Translations under genes and position numbers: made by a program
NCBI GenBank assembly: GCA_041166945.1
Contig: JBEEGQ010000038.1
Location: 1 to 17,723, forward strand
From: Verrucomicrobiota bacterium
Lineage (GTDB): Bacteria > Verrucomicrobiota > Verrucomicrobiia > Limisphaerales > JADJPG01
DNA length: 17,723 nucleotides
Direction: 5' to 3'
Shown: positions 7,449-14,902 of the stretch, in pieces
Numbering within the stretch: position 1 is the first letter of the stretch
How the letters are laid out: the number at the start of each line of letters is the position of its first letter
Notes under the pieces: generated by a model
What the model was told of the DNA's origin: nothing
The model's input: only the letters and a program-made list of their open reading frames with translations
The model's database searches: none

Positions 7449-8996
7449 TTAGTTTGTTTTTGCGACGATAAAATCCACCACTGGTTTCGGATCCCGTGGC
7501 CCGAGTGGAAAATGGCCTTCACCCTGCCTGATGATCACCGTGAAATTTCCTCCGAGTTCCTTGTATTTCTTCTCCGCCACCCGCGTGTCGCGGTCGAGCC
7601 ACGGATCGAGGCTGCCGCACACATGCAGGATCGGCACGCCCGCCTTGGCCAGCGGGCCCAGGTTGTCCACCAGCGTTTTTTTAGCGTCATTCAACGGCGG
7701 TTGCTTGCCCGACATGATGCTGCGCAGGGCGGGATTCTCGCCGTAAATACAGGAAACTTTGTCGGGGTTCTGGATTGCCCAGGCATAGGCTTCCCCGGCG
7801 CCCGCGCCGGCGCCTATCATGGCCGGTTTCCTGGAAAAGCCGCGGTTGGTCATCGTTTTATAGACATCGTCCCACTCCGCCCGAACCGGGCCTCCCCCGA
7901 GGATGGGAGCCGCCACTATGTAGTACCCCTTGGCCAACAGGGCCAGATCGAGGGCGGAGGCATCCCGGCCGATGCGGTCCGCCCGGAAGACCCACGGCTT
8001 CCCCGCTGCCTCACTTGCAGGCACCAGCACCGCCATGCCGGTGACTCCAAATGCCGACTTGTTAGTTTTGTCGTAACGATCGTAGCACGGCGTGAACCGC
8101 GGCCCCCGGCAGGCGGCGTAGGTATCTTCTTTGGGGAGATAAATGTAGGAATTCTCGGCGCTGTAATAATAGGATTTCGTGAACGTGTCGTCCACGAGCT
8201 CCGGCCGGGGTGTCGTGTTCGGCCGAACGTGGTGTTCGATGAAATCGGCGATGGGCTTGGGATCGACCAAGCTGTGCGGATGATGGCCGGTGCCTTCCTT
8301 GATCATGATGCTGATGCGGCCGCCGCCCTGATGATAAATATTCTCGATGACCTTTGTATTATTCTCCAAAACAAAATCGAGGGTCCCGCAGACGTTGAGC
8401 AGAGGCACGTCGTGCTTGATCAACTCACCGAGCCGCAAGATGTCCTCCGGGTAGATGCCGGGATTGTCGGCATAGATGCAGGAGACCTTGTCCGGGTTCG
8501 AGGTTGCCCAGGTGTATTCATTCACCCCGCCTTTGCTCATGCCAACAAAAGCCGGCTTCCTGGAAAGGCCCTGCTTTTCCGCGAGATAGGCGTACCAGGC
8601 GTCCCACTGTTTGCCCGGATACTGCCTGCCCGGATCAGGCGTAATGAACGCGATGTAAAAACCTCGGCGCAGTAATTCCACCTCGGTCTGGGGCTGGTGG
8701 TCCCAATAACAACCTTGCCATGACCATGGATTGCCGGGCGCCGGCTTGTTGGGCACGACCACGATGCACCGCCGCTGCCCCTTGGCGGGAGCGCCAACCG
8801 CAAAGCCTTCTTTTTCCGGCCTCGTGAAAGGAGTGATGGCGAGGGTCTCGTCATCCATGACGAAGTCGTAGCGGACGAAACCGTCATGCCAGGTGCTTTT
8901 GCCGCCATCGAAGGCTGGTTCGGCCCCGTGCATGGTTCCGACGAAACCAAACACCGAGAAGGCCACCGCGGCAATGACGAGGAGTTTTGCTGGCAT
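7449..8996 (-). CDS. Secreted tandem (duplicated) alpha/beta-hydrolase; the N-terminal copy keeps GxSxG, the C-terminal copy has lost the nucleophile
   Basis: Two homologous ~200-aa halves. Half 1: RKPAFVGMSKGGVNEYTWATSNPDKVSCIYADNPGIY...GTGHHPHSLVDPKPIADFIEHH. Half 2: RKPAMIGAGAGAGEAYAWAIQNPDKVSCIYGENPALRS...GEGHFPLGPRDPKPVVDFIVAK. Ser179 codon is at 8535-8537; the equivalent position in copy 2 is Gly (codon 7803-7805). Signal peptide from ATG 8996 is MPAKLLVIAAVAFSVFGFVGTMHG|AEP. Alternative upstream starts are 9023 (MKNV...) and 9071, the latter forming an ATGA overlap with the stop of the upstream gene. Confidence 0.85.
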   Translation of the reverse strand: MPAKLLVIAAVAFSVFGFVGTMHGAEPAFDGGKSTWHDGFVRYDFVMDDETLAITPFTRPEKEGFAVGAPAKGQRRCIVVVPNKPAPGNPWSWQGCYWDHQPQTEVELLRRGFYIAFITPDPGRQYPGKQWDAWYAYLAEKQGLSRKPAFVGMSKGGVNEYTWATSNPDKVSCIYADNPGIYPEDILRLGELIKHDVPLLNVCGTLDFVLENNTKVIENIYHQGGGRISIMIKEGTGHHPHSLVDPKPIADFIEHHVRPNTTPRPELVDDTFTKSYYYSAENSYIYLPKEDTYAACRGPRFTPCYDRYDKTNKSAFGVTGMAVLVPASEAAGKPWVFRADRIGRDASALDLALLAKGYYIVAAPILGGGPVRAEWDDVYKTMTNRGFSRKPAMIGAGAGAGEAYAWAIQNPDKVSCIYGENPALRSIMSGKQPPLNDAKKTLVDNLGPLAKAGVPILHVCGSLDPWLDRDTRVAEKKYKELGGNFTVIIRQGEGHFPLGPRDPKPVVDFIVAKTN

Positions 8997-9067
8997 GGTT
9001 GTTTGAGAACTCACATTTTTCATAATTTTACGTGGAGCACCGACGCTGGTGCGGAATACAAAAATCG

Positions 9068-11143
9068 TCATTGCTTGTTCTTCGTAGTAACGGGCTTTTG
9101 GCCGGGCAGAACCGGCGTGCGCGCGAGGGCTCTCAAGGCGTGTCGTTGCACGCCAAAGCGGTCCATCGGAAAGTTGACGAAGCCCAGCGACAGAGCGGGG
9201 GATCCTTCCTTGACCCGGTAGTCTCCCTGCGCCGGATCAACGAACCGCGCGTCGGCCACGAGGGAATGCTCGTCGCGGCCGCTTTGCCCATGCAGCCGGG
9301 TCGCGGGTGAGTTCGTGGCCCTATCCTGATGCATGAGGTTGTAGTCCAATTCCTGGCCCCATGGCGGGGCCGGCATGATCGCGGGCTGGTAGTCGCGCCA
9401 GACAATGTTTCGGCGGAAAATATCTCCGCTCGCGGCATACCAAACGTGAGGGTGCAGACCGGAACCAACCATGATGTTGTTCTCCACTGTGCGTCCATAC
9501 CCTTCGCGGTTCTTGATGCCGCCGCGCAGGCAGAGATTGTTGGTAATGATGTAAAATGAGGATCCGTCATCGAGGTCGATGTCCCAGCCGTGGTCGCAAC
9601 GCCAGCGATTGTTCCGCAGGATCGTCGGCGTAACCGCGTCCAGACGCGGGAGTTCGGGAACCTCCTTTACCCAGGCATTGACCTCCGCAGTTTTGGGCCG
9701 CCAGTAACGGTCCCGCCCCCAGGAATTGAACGAGCCATGGTCCCCCGTCTCTTTCACCGTGTCGAACACATCGCAGAACTCGATGAGATGCCCGCCCCAG
9801 CAGCCGTCGCCAATATTGATCCCCGCGCGCGGCATATCGTAGATCGAGCAATGGCGGACAGTGATATTCCGCGCCAGGTCGATAGCCACTCCCGCAGTCT
9901 GCTTCTCCACCCGGCCAGTCAGGTAAATCAGGCAGTCTTCCACCAGGCAATCCGCCGGGTAGTTCTGCGTGCGCGGACCGGGAGTGCGGTCGAGCTCTTC
10001 GAGTTTATTTACCTGGTTGTAGTTGAACAAAGGATTGCGCGCTGCCTGAGGGTCGCCGACAAAGCAGATTCCACTCGCCCCAGCCTTGGCAATCTGGCAT
10101 CCGCGTATCGTGACTCGGCGGTTGTAATGGTTCACGAAAACCGCGTTGCCACCCACCTGGTCCAGAAAACAATCCTCCAGCGCACAGTCTTCAGCGCCCT
10201 CGAAGAACACAGCTCCGCCACGGTAGATGGCCCAGTCCGTGCGCAGGAGCGGTTCCTTGGTGTCCATCACCGTGCGCGCCGCATGCCGAAAAGTCAGGCC
10301 CCGGAGAATCACCGAGCGCACAGGCTTCTCCTGGCTGCCGCGAAACTCGACCAGGCTGCGGAGCCGTGTGGCTTCCACAGTTGCCTTGGCCAGGTCGAGT
10401 CCGGGAGGCGGATAAAAGTAGAGGATGTGCCCTTTGGTGTTTAGGAACCACTCGCCCGGAGCGTCGAGTTCCTCAAAAATTTTTTCCACAAAGCGAATCT
10501 TTTGGTGGACCGCGCCGCCACGGTTGTTTTGCCAACCACCCTCCTTCGTCAGCCCGCCCTGCGAGTCCTTGCCCGTGATCCGCCAGGTGAAATCACCCCA
10601 GAGGGCTGGATGCATTGCATGAAAATAGCCCCCCGCCGGATCGGCCCAACGAGCGACGCGTTCCGGCGAGATGGCGTCCGCCGCGAAGCCGTCGAAATAC
10701 TGCGCCTTGGAATCGTAATTTGGATAGCGCGCCAGGATCTGGCGCTCGCCATTGACGAATATCTCTTCGGTCTGCAGGTCCTCCGGCACTTTCGCCTGAA
10801 CGATCCCATCGCGAAAAGGCTGCCAATCCAATTTTTCCAGCCGCACGCCGCCGCTGATCACCGGCTGCTCCTGCCCGTACGCCTGGTAAACCATCGGCGC
10901 GGTCTTCGATCCTGAATCGCCGGTACCAAAGACCAGCTTCTCCGACAAGTAGTGGGTGCCGCCGCGCAACCACACCATGCCCGGCTTTTTGCGAACCGCC
11001 TCTTGAGCATGGTGAATCGTGGCGAAAGGCTTTTCCAGCGTGCCTGGATTGCCATCGTCGCCGGTGGGCGCAACGTAATAGGGCTGCGCGAGGACGGGTA
11101 AGGCGAGGCTGATCAGCAGCAGCATGGAGAGAATTTTCATCAT
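9068..11143 (-). CDS. Secreted right-handed parallel beta-helix repeat protein (pectate-lyase-fold; polysaccharide lyase/hydrolase-like)
   Basis: 691 aa. Signal peptide MMKILSMLLLISLALPVLA|QP. N-terminal signature YYVAPTGDDGNPGTLEKPFATIHHAQEAV is typical of the beta-helix (pectate lyase-like) superfamily. Periodic small-residue/Asn-rich beta-helix repeats through the middle (e.g. ...NNRWRCDHGWDIDLDDGSSFYIITNNLCLRGGIKNREG...). It is the first gene of the four-gene minus-strand cluster. Confidence 0.85.
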   Translation of the reverse strand: MMKILSMLLLISLALPVLAQPYYVAPTGDDGNPGTLEKPFATIHHAQEAVRKKPGMVWLRGGTHYLSEKLVFGTGDSGSKTAPMVYQAYGQEQPVISGGVRLEKLDWQPFRDGIVQAKVPEDLQTEEIFVNGERQILARYPNYDSKAQYFDGFAADAISPERVARWADPAGGYFHAMHPALWGDFTWRITGKDSQGGLTKEGGWQNNRGGAVHQKIRFVEKIFEELDAPGEWFLNTKGHILYFYPPPGLDLAKATVEATRLRSLVEFRGSQEKPVRSVILRGLTFRHAARTVMDTKEPLLRTDWAIYRGGAVFFEGAEDCALEDCFLDQVGGNAVFVNHYNRRVTIRGCQIAKAGASGICFVGDPQAARNPLFNYNQVNKLEELDRTPGPRTQNYPADCLVEDCLIYLTGRVEKQTAGVAIDLARNITVRHCSIYDMPRAGINIGDGCWGGHLIEFCDVFDTVKETGDHGSFNSWGRDRYWRPKTAEVNAWVKEVPELPRLDAVTPTILRNNRWRCDHGWDIDLDDGSSFYIITNNLCLRGGIKNREGYGRTVENNIMVGSGLHPHVWYAASGDIFRRNIVWRDYQPAIMPAPPWGQELDYNLMHQDRATNSPATRLHGQSGRDEHSLVADARFVDPAQGDYRVKEGSPALSLGFVNFPMDRFGVQRHALRALARTPVLPGQKPVTTKNKQ

Positions 11144-11523
11144 CCGTTAAAAATTTGGTTCAGGATTGCCATCTTCTTAAGCGCCCGGATTTCCGGTAGT
11201 GGTACCGTTTGCAAAATGTTTGTGCAATTCAACTCCGGTGAAATGCTTTCAGTCCAATGCGCGTTCCCAGACGCGCAAATGCTCTCCCCGGTTTGCAAAG
11301 TTCGTTTTCAGCGTGACGCCGTGCGGTGCGTAAAAGCCGCTTTCGCAATTCCACGTCGTGGCGCAATCGCTGAACTGTTCGCGAAACTCGCACCCGCGCC
11401 CGACGGTTGCGGTCGTGGTGAGAGTTGTTCCGCCAAGGACGGCGGCAGTTGACAGCGTGCCGGCTAATCCGGCGGGCGCGGCTTGAACAGCGTTGGGTCC
11501 GTCCCAAAGGCGACGACTCGCTC

Positions 11524-11546
11524 TCCTCCATTTCTGAAATGGAGGA
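11524..11546. promoter_or_regulatory. Perfect 10-bp inverted repeat with 3-nt spacer (TCCTCCATTT-CTG-AAATGGAGGA), 60 bp downstream of the CPBP stop
   Basis: Read directly: left arm 11524-11533, spacer 11534-11536, right arm 11537-11546, and the arms are exact reverse complements. It is not followed by a U-tract on the transcribed (minus) strand, so it is not a canonical intrinsic terminator. Candidate operator or RNA stem-loop. Confidence 0.4.
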
Positions 11547-11605
11547 CAGCGAAGGGAAAGGAGGCGTTTCTATTCATGTGTCGTTGTGAGGCCGGGGGCG
11601 GCGCT

Positions 11606-12460
11606 TTAGTGTCCCAACGACTTTTGAAGTTCCGGGAGTTTTTCCGCAAGCCAGGGGAGAATGGCGAAGGTGGTTGCGTTGAACAGGCCGTGCGCCATCA
11701 CGGCCGGCCAGATGGAACGGTGCAGGACCATGATGACCCCAAGGCCAAATCCGAGCAACGTGGTCATTCCCACAGCGAGCAGGCCCATGCGCAGATGCGC
11801 GATCCCGAAGAACAGCGAGGCCACACCCACGGCGAGGATTTGGCCGCCGCGCGAGCTGAATCGTCGCGGCCAGAGGGCGCGGAGACCCGCAAGGAAGGCC
11901 GAACGCCAGAGCTCCTCCCGCAGTCCGGCCAGGACGAAACTTACGAGAGTAATGGTAAGCCAGAAGTAGGCCGGGTTATCCCGAAGGGCGTCCATGTCCA
12001 CCATCGCTTCAATCTGGGGCCGGTTGTTCATCACCGATTTTTCCATCGTCTCCAGGTTGCCACCGCGCAGGATCAGGAAGGCCACATAGCCGATCATGAC
12101 GGCGATTCCGACGGCGAACCGCAGCCCGACCGAGTAGAGCGCTGCCAGCGGGATGGGCCAGACCCCATCACGCCAGCGTAACAACAGATCATCCCGGGTC
12201 GCGCGGGAAAAGATCCAAGCCAGGCCTAATATGAGCGCGAACGAGAGCAGTTCGATGGCGGACACAATGAGCAAGCCTCGCGTGCTGCGGCTGAGTGCCG
12301 GGCCGGTCGATTCGAAGCCGGGCAGCGCCGACAGCAAGGCGAGCAACGGCATGAGGTTGATGATGGAAAGGTGGAACCACCATCGCCAGCGGCTTCGTGG
12401 CGGCGGGGTCGATAACGGCCAGTCGGGCAGCGGAGGAGAGACGGCGGATAATGAAGGCAT
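11606..12460 (-). CDS. CPBP family intramembrane glutamic/metallo-endopeptidase (CAAX protease / Abi family)
   Basis: Multi-pass hydrophobic protein carrying the three CPBP motifs: EExxxR (LREELWRSAF), FxxxH (FFGIAHL) and HxxxN (AHGLFNAT). The N-terminal 36 aa are Pro/Arg/Trp-rich; an alternative start at internal Met (MPLLALLSALPGF, ~12352) is possible. Stop TAA at 11606-11608. Confidence 0.8.
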   Translation of the reverse strand: MPSLSAVSPPLPDWPLSTPPPRSRWRWWFHLSIINLMPLLALLSALPGFESTGPALSRSTRGLLIVSAIELLSFALILGLAWIFSRATRDDLLLRWRDGVWPIPLAALYSVGLRFAVGIAVMIGYVAFLILRGGNLETMEKSVMNNRPQIEAMVDMDALRDNPAYFWLTITLVSFVLAGLREELWRSAFLAGLRALWPRRFSSRGGQILAVGVASLFFGIAHLRMGLLAVGMTTLLGFGLGVIMVLHRSIWPAVMAHGLFNATTFAILPWLAEKLPELQKSLGH

Positions 12461-13031
12461 GTCGTTCGTGGAAGCATGACGATAATTACTTCGCGGTTGT
12501 CACGGTTTTTCGCCCTTCCTGTGTTTGCAGCACGCCGCAGAATTCTTGCAGTCCACGAGGGAACAGGTTTGATCCCGCGTATCTGGAGCTTGCGCTTCGA
12601 CGCGGCGTGCCATTGGCCTCTCTCGATACCGAACTCCGAAAGGCCGCCAAAGGCAGAGAAGGTCCGGCTCCTACCCGAAAAAACCTGAGCATTGCGCCCG
12701 CCATTTCGCGGGTTAATTCGCTGGCTGTTTGCCGGCCGCTTTCTATTTCGGCCTCTCGGACGATTCTCTTGATCGAACGTTGATTTGACAGCCCGCGCCG
12801 TTCTGTCATTGATCACTTAGTTGCAGCCTAAGCCGGCTTGCCTTCCTGCAAGCTGGCGCGGGGGACCCAATTCCTGAGCAATCAGGACGGGGCGCACGCT
12901 GGTGCGAACCATCAGCGCGGTCACTTTCAGGACCGAGCCCGACAGCTAACCTCGCAGGCATCTGGAAGGGCGATCCTCCAGGCCCGCATGTTGCGGCGCC
13001 CGCGGTCTCCCTGATCAAAAATGCGTTGTGT

Positions 13032-13056
13032 GACGCGCGGCGATAACCCGCGCGTC
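13032..13056 (+). promoter_or_regulatory. GC-rich stem-loop (GACGCGCGG-cgataac-CCGCGCGTC) in the 5' leader, 25 nt upstream of the flotillin start codon
   Basis: 9-bp perfect inverted repeat (13032-13040 / 13048-13056) with a 7-nt loop. It is followed by GGAG (13070-13073) and ATG 13081, with no U-run after it. Several further short hairpins lie upstream, e.g. CCTGA-GCAA-TCAGG ~12873-12886 and CGCAC-GCTG-GTGCG ~12894-12907. Confidence 0.4.
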
Positions 13057-13080
13057 GCGCAACCACATCGGAGATGGGTT

Positions 13081-14883
13081 ATGACCGAAATGGTCTTGTT
13101 GGGTGCAGTGCCGCCACTGCTCATTGGTGCAGTGGCTTTCGTCGTGATGGCCTTCGTGTGCGCGCCGCAAATGCTGGGCGCGGTGCTGATCACGGAGCGG
13201 CAAGTGGGAATTGTCGTGAAGCGGTTCGGCGCGCGGGAACTTCCGCCGGGCCGCTTGGTCGCTCTGGCCGGTGAGGCGGGCTACCAGGCCGATACCCTCG
13301 CGCCCGGCCTCTACTTCGGCTATTGGCCGTGGCAGTTCCGCATCCTTAAAGTGCCGGTGGTGATTGTGCCGCAGGGCGAAATCGCTCTCATCATCGCAGC
13401 GGACGGCGCGGCAATTCCCGCTGAACGAATTCTCGCGCGCATCGTCAACTGCGATAATTTTCAGGACGCGCGCCAGTTCCTGTTGAACGGCGGCGAGAAG
13501 GGACGCCAGCTTGGCATTCTCACCGGCGGCACCTATCGCATCAACACGGCGCTTTTCACGATCATCACCTCGGCGGAGGCGGAGTTCCACGGGATGTCGC
13601 CGCATCAACTCCGGCTGACGAGCGTCGCGCCGGACATGGTCGGCATTGTGACGACGCTCGATGGTCAATCGATCGAAGCAGGCGAGATCGCCGGCCCCGT
13701 CGTCGCTGCGCACGAAAACTTTCAGAATGGACAGGCGTTCATCGATCAAGGCGGCCGGCGCGGTTTGCAGGAACAAATTCTCCTGTCCGGCACGTGGAAC
13801 TTGAACCCGTGGTTCGCGCAGGTGGAACAAGTGCCGATGGTGCAAATTCCCATCGGCCATGTCGGCGTCGTGATTTCGTTCGTCGGTAAGGCGCACGAAG
13901 ACGTTAGCGGCCTGGACTTCAAACATGGCGACCTCGTCAACGTCGGCCACAAGGGCGTGTGGGTCTCGCCGCTTTATCCCGGCAAACACCCGCTCAACAC
14001 GCGCATCATGAAAGTTGAACTCGTGCCGACCACCAACATCGTCCTCAACTGGGCGACGCGCACCGAGTCGCACAACTTTGACGCGAAGCTTCAGTCCATC
14101 ACCGTGCGTTCCAAGGACGGCTTCGCATTCAACCTCGACGTCTCCCAGATCATCCATGTCGGCACCCTGGATGCCCCGAAAGTGATCTCACGCGTCGGCT
14201 CCATGCAGAACCTGGTCGATCATGTCTTGCAGCCAATTGTCGGAAATTATTTCCGCAACTCAGCGCAGGATTACACCGTGCTCGATTTCCTCGGCGCGCG
14301 CAGTCAGCGCCAAATCGAAGCGGCGGAACACATCCGCGTCGCGCTCGGCGCGTACGACGTCCAGGCCATCGACACCTTGATCGGCGACATCAATCCGCCA
14401 GGGAAACTGATGGAGACGCAGACCGACCGAAAAATTGCCGAAGAGCAGCGCAAGACCTACGAAGTGCAGGAGGCCGCGCAAGTGCAGCGCCAGCAGCTCG
14501 TGCGTCAGACTTCCCTCGCCGACATCCAGCAGCAGGTCGTGGGTGCGGAACAAGGCGTCCAAATTTCCGAACTGCAAGCCCACGCGCACATCAAGCAGGC
14601 GACCGGCGAAGCCGAGGCCACGCGCCTCCGCGCCATGGGCGAAGCCGAAGCCATCCGTGCGACCGGCGGAGCGAAAGCTGAAGCGTATCGCGTCGGCGTC
14701 GAATCCATCGGCGCGCAGGGCTATACGCTCATGCAACTGATGCAAATCGTCGGCGAAAGCAAAGTCCGCATCGTGCCGGACGTTTCCGTCAGCGGTGCAA
14801 ATGCGAACCCTGGACTCATCGATGGGATGGTTGGCTTGATGCTGCGCAATCAAACGACTGGCAGCACGCCGGCAAAGAACTGA
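13081..14883 (+). CDS. Flotillin-like SPFH/band-7 domain membrane protein (FloT/YqiK-like)
   Basis: Start ATG 13081 is preceded by GGAG with a 7-nt spacer. N-terminal TM helix MVLLGAVPPLLIGAVAFVVMAFV, then an SPFH domain, then the flotillin-type Glu/Ala coiled-coil repeats (...ATGEAEATRLRAMGEAEAIRATGGAKAEAYRVG...). Length 600 aa. The track ORF also allows an upstream in-frame ATG at 13021, but that lacks an SD and lies inside the hairpin region. Confidence 0.85.
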   Translation: MTEMVLLGAVPPLLIGAVAFVVMAFVCAPQMLGAVLITERQVGIVVKRFGARELPPGRLVALAGEAGYQADTLAPGLYFGYWPWQFRILKVPVVIVPQGEIALIIAADGAAIPAERILARIVNCDNFQDARQFLLNGGEKGRQLGILTGGTYRINTALFTIITSAEAEFHGMSPHQLRLTSVAPDMVGIVTTLDGQSIEAGEIAGPVVAAHENFQNGQAFIDQGGRRGLQEQILLSGTWNLNPWFAQVEQVPMVQIPIGHVGVVISFVGKAHEDVSGLDFKHGDLVNVGHKGVWVSPLYPGKHPLNTRIMKVELVPTTNIVLNWATRTESHNFDAKLQSITVRSKDGFAFNLDVSQIIHVGTLDAPKVISRVGSMQNLVDHVLQPIVGNYFRNSAQDYTVLDFLGARSQRQIEAAEHIRVALGAYDVQAIDTLIGDINPPGKLMETQTDRKIAEEQRKTYEVQEAAQVQRQQLVRQTSLADIQQQVVGAEQGVQISELQAHAHIKQATGEAEATRLRAMGEAEAIRATGGAKAEAYRVGVESIGAQGYTLMQLMQIVGESKVRIVPDVSVSGANANPGLIDGMVGLMLRNQTTGSTPAKN

Positions 14884-14902
14884 AAACAATGACTCGAATT
14901 CT

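Noticed and set aside
11229-11531. 100-aa minus-strand ORF in the CPBP-downstream gap (MEESESSPLGRTQRCSSRARRISRH...)
   Set aside because: Extremely Arg-rich with no structure. The alternative start-less frame over the same DNA is more protein-like and is reported as a low-confidence finding instead.
12461-13080. Possible housekeeping ncRNA (RNase P RNA, SRP/4.5S, tmRNA, 6S) in the long intergenic gap
   Set aside because: The universal motifs (RNase P GGAAAGUCCGG / ACAGAACCCGGCUUA, SRP domain IV GGAA-capped helix with AGCAG/CAGG symmetric loop, tmRNA tRNA-like ends) are not present. Only generic hairpins are, so no specific RNA gene is called.
13015-14157. 380-aa minus-strand ORF antisense to the flotillin gene, and similar long antisense ORFs (7512-8675 +, 9590-10444 +, 6535-7194 +, 15674-16441 +, 16276-16992 +)
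   Set aside because: All overlap strongly supported genes on the other strand. Their translations are Arg/His/Asp/Ala-rich with no motifs. Stop-poor antisense frames are expected at this GC content.
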